DNA from: Acidobacteriota bacterium
Lineage (GTDB): Bacteria > Acidobacteriota > Vicinamibacteria > Vicinamibacterales > 2-12-FULL-66-21
Direction: 5' to 3'
Length of the DNA stretch: 64,000 nt
NCBI GenBank assembly: GCA_016184105.1
Contig: JACPDI010000007.1
Location: 69,287 to 133,286, forward strand
Position 1 is the stretch's first letter. Each line of letters starts with the position of its first letter. This document shows, piece after piece, positions 63,513 through 64,000 of this stretch. Under the pieces are notes generated by a model. That model was not told the origin of the DNA, ran no database searches, and saw only the letters and a list, made by a program, of their open reading frames with translations. A program made the translations under genes and the position numbers.

Positions 63513-64000
63513 ATGTCACCAGCTAAGCCCGTACGCTACGCGGTGGTCGGACTCGGCCACATTGCCCAGGTTGCTGTCCTTCCGGCGTTTGCGCATGCTC
63601 GACGCAACTCCAAGCTCGTCGCCGTCGTGAGCAACGATCGAACGAAACGGCGGGAACTCGCCAAGCGCTACCGGCTCGAGCACGCCTTCTCATACGACCA
63701 ATTCGAGGACTGCCTGAACGAGGTCGACGCGGTGTACATCGCACTGCCGAACTCGATGCACGCCGAATACACGGTGCGAGCGGCCAAGGCGGGCGTGCAC
63801 GTCTTGTGCGAGAAGCCGATGGCCGTCACCGTGCGGGAGTGCCGGCACATGATCGCCGCCTGCCGACAGGCACGCGTCAAGCTCATGATCGCGTACCGGC
63901 TGCACTTCGAGACCGTCAATCTCTCGGCCATGGACCTGGCGCGTCGTGGCGACCTGGGCGACTTGAAGTTCTTTACGTCCTCGTTCTCCCTGACGGTGCG
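63513..64000 (+). CDS. Gfo/Idh/MocA-family NAD(P)-dependent oxidoreductase, 3' end beyond window (absent from ORF track)
   Basis: An AAGGAG RBS at 63501 precedes ATG 63513. My translation is MSPAKPVRYAVVGLGHIAQVAVLPAF...VYIALPNSMHAEYTVRAAKAGVHVLCEKPMA..., showing the Rossmann and EKP motifs. The frame is open to the window end. Confidence 0.85.
   Translation, partial: MSPAKPVRYAVVGLGHIAQVAVLPAFAHARRNSKLVAVVSNDRTKRRELAKRYRLEHAFSYDQFEDCLNEVDAVYIALPNSMHAEYTVRAAKAGVHVLCEKPMAVTVRECRHMIAACRQARVKLMIAYRLHFETVNLSAMDLARRGDLGDLKFFTSSFSLTV

Overview
This is a GC-rich bacterial chromosomal window. I cannot assign taxonomy; the gene content would fit a soil Acidobacteriota- or Gemmatimonadota-like organism. 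All calls come from reading the sequence and ORF translations by eye, with no searches run.

The left third (1-30 kb) is mostly housekeeping or accessory metabolism:
- C-N hydrolase, class A PBP, phosphatidylcholine synthase, FtsH, Pcm, and an Lhr helicase
- a secreted single-chain triple-RidA protein
- a hybrid histidine kinase, cyclophilin, and an ECF sigma factor paired with a Ser/Thr kinase
- MsrA, a TonB-dependent receptor, an MhqED-like pair, and a glpD-glpK / glpF / glpQ glycerol cluster

The centre (30.0-50.3 kb) is the most interesting part. It holds 18 consecutive minus-strand genes, many with overlapping stop and start codons. In order of transcription they are:
- a sensor kinase with a periplasmic CXXCH motif, plus an NtrC-type sigma-54 activator
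- a complete chemosensory array in Pil-Chp gene order (PilG/H/I/J/K-ChpA/B/C-like), with no pilus genes in view
- a near-consensus -24/-12 sigma-54 promoter
- an MtrA/DmsE-like decahaem cytochrome and an MtrB/PioB-like outer-membrane barrel
- two tandem small CXXCH/CX3CH paralogues and an untracked 55-aa Cys/His ORF

The right part (50-64 kb) contains:
- several gene remnants and one rearrangement breakpoint
- a pyrogallol-transhydroxylase-like molybdoenzyme pair behind an AT-rich, Fur-box-like operator
- a Fic-family protein with a degenerate active-site motif, next to a phased array of 9-mer repeats
- an FAD-Rieske fusion oxidoreductase
- a Gfo/Idh/MocA gene that runs off the window and is absent from the ORF track

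A roughly 60-bp perfect palindromic element recurs three times, plus one collapsed copy. No rRNA, tRNA, CRISPR array or recognisable transposase or integrase was seen. Many long ORFs in the track are antisense shadow frames typical of high-GC DNA, and I discarded them.
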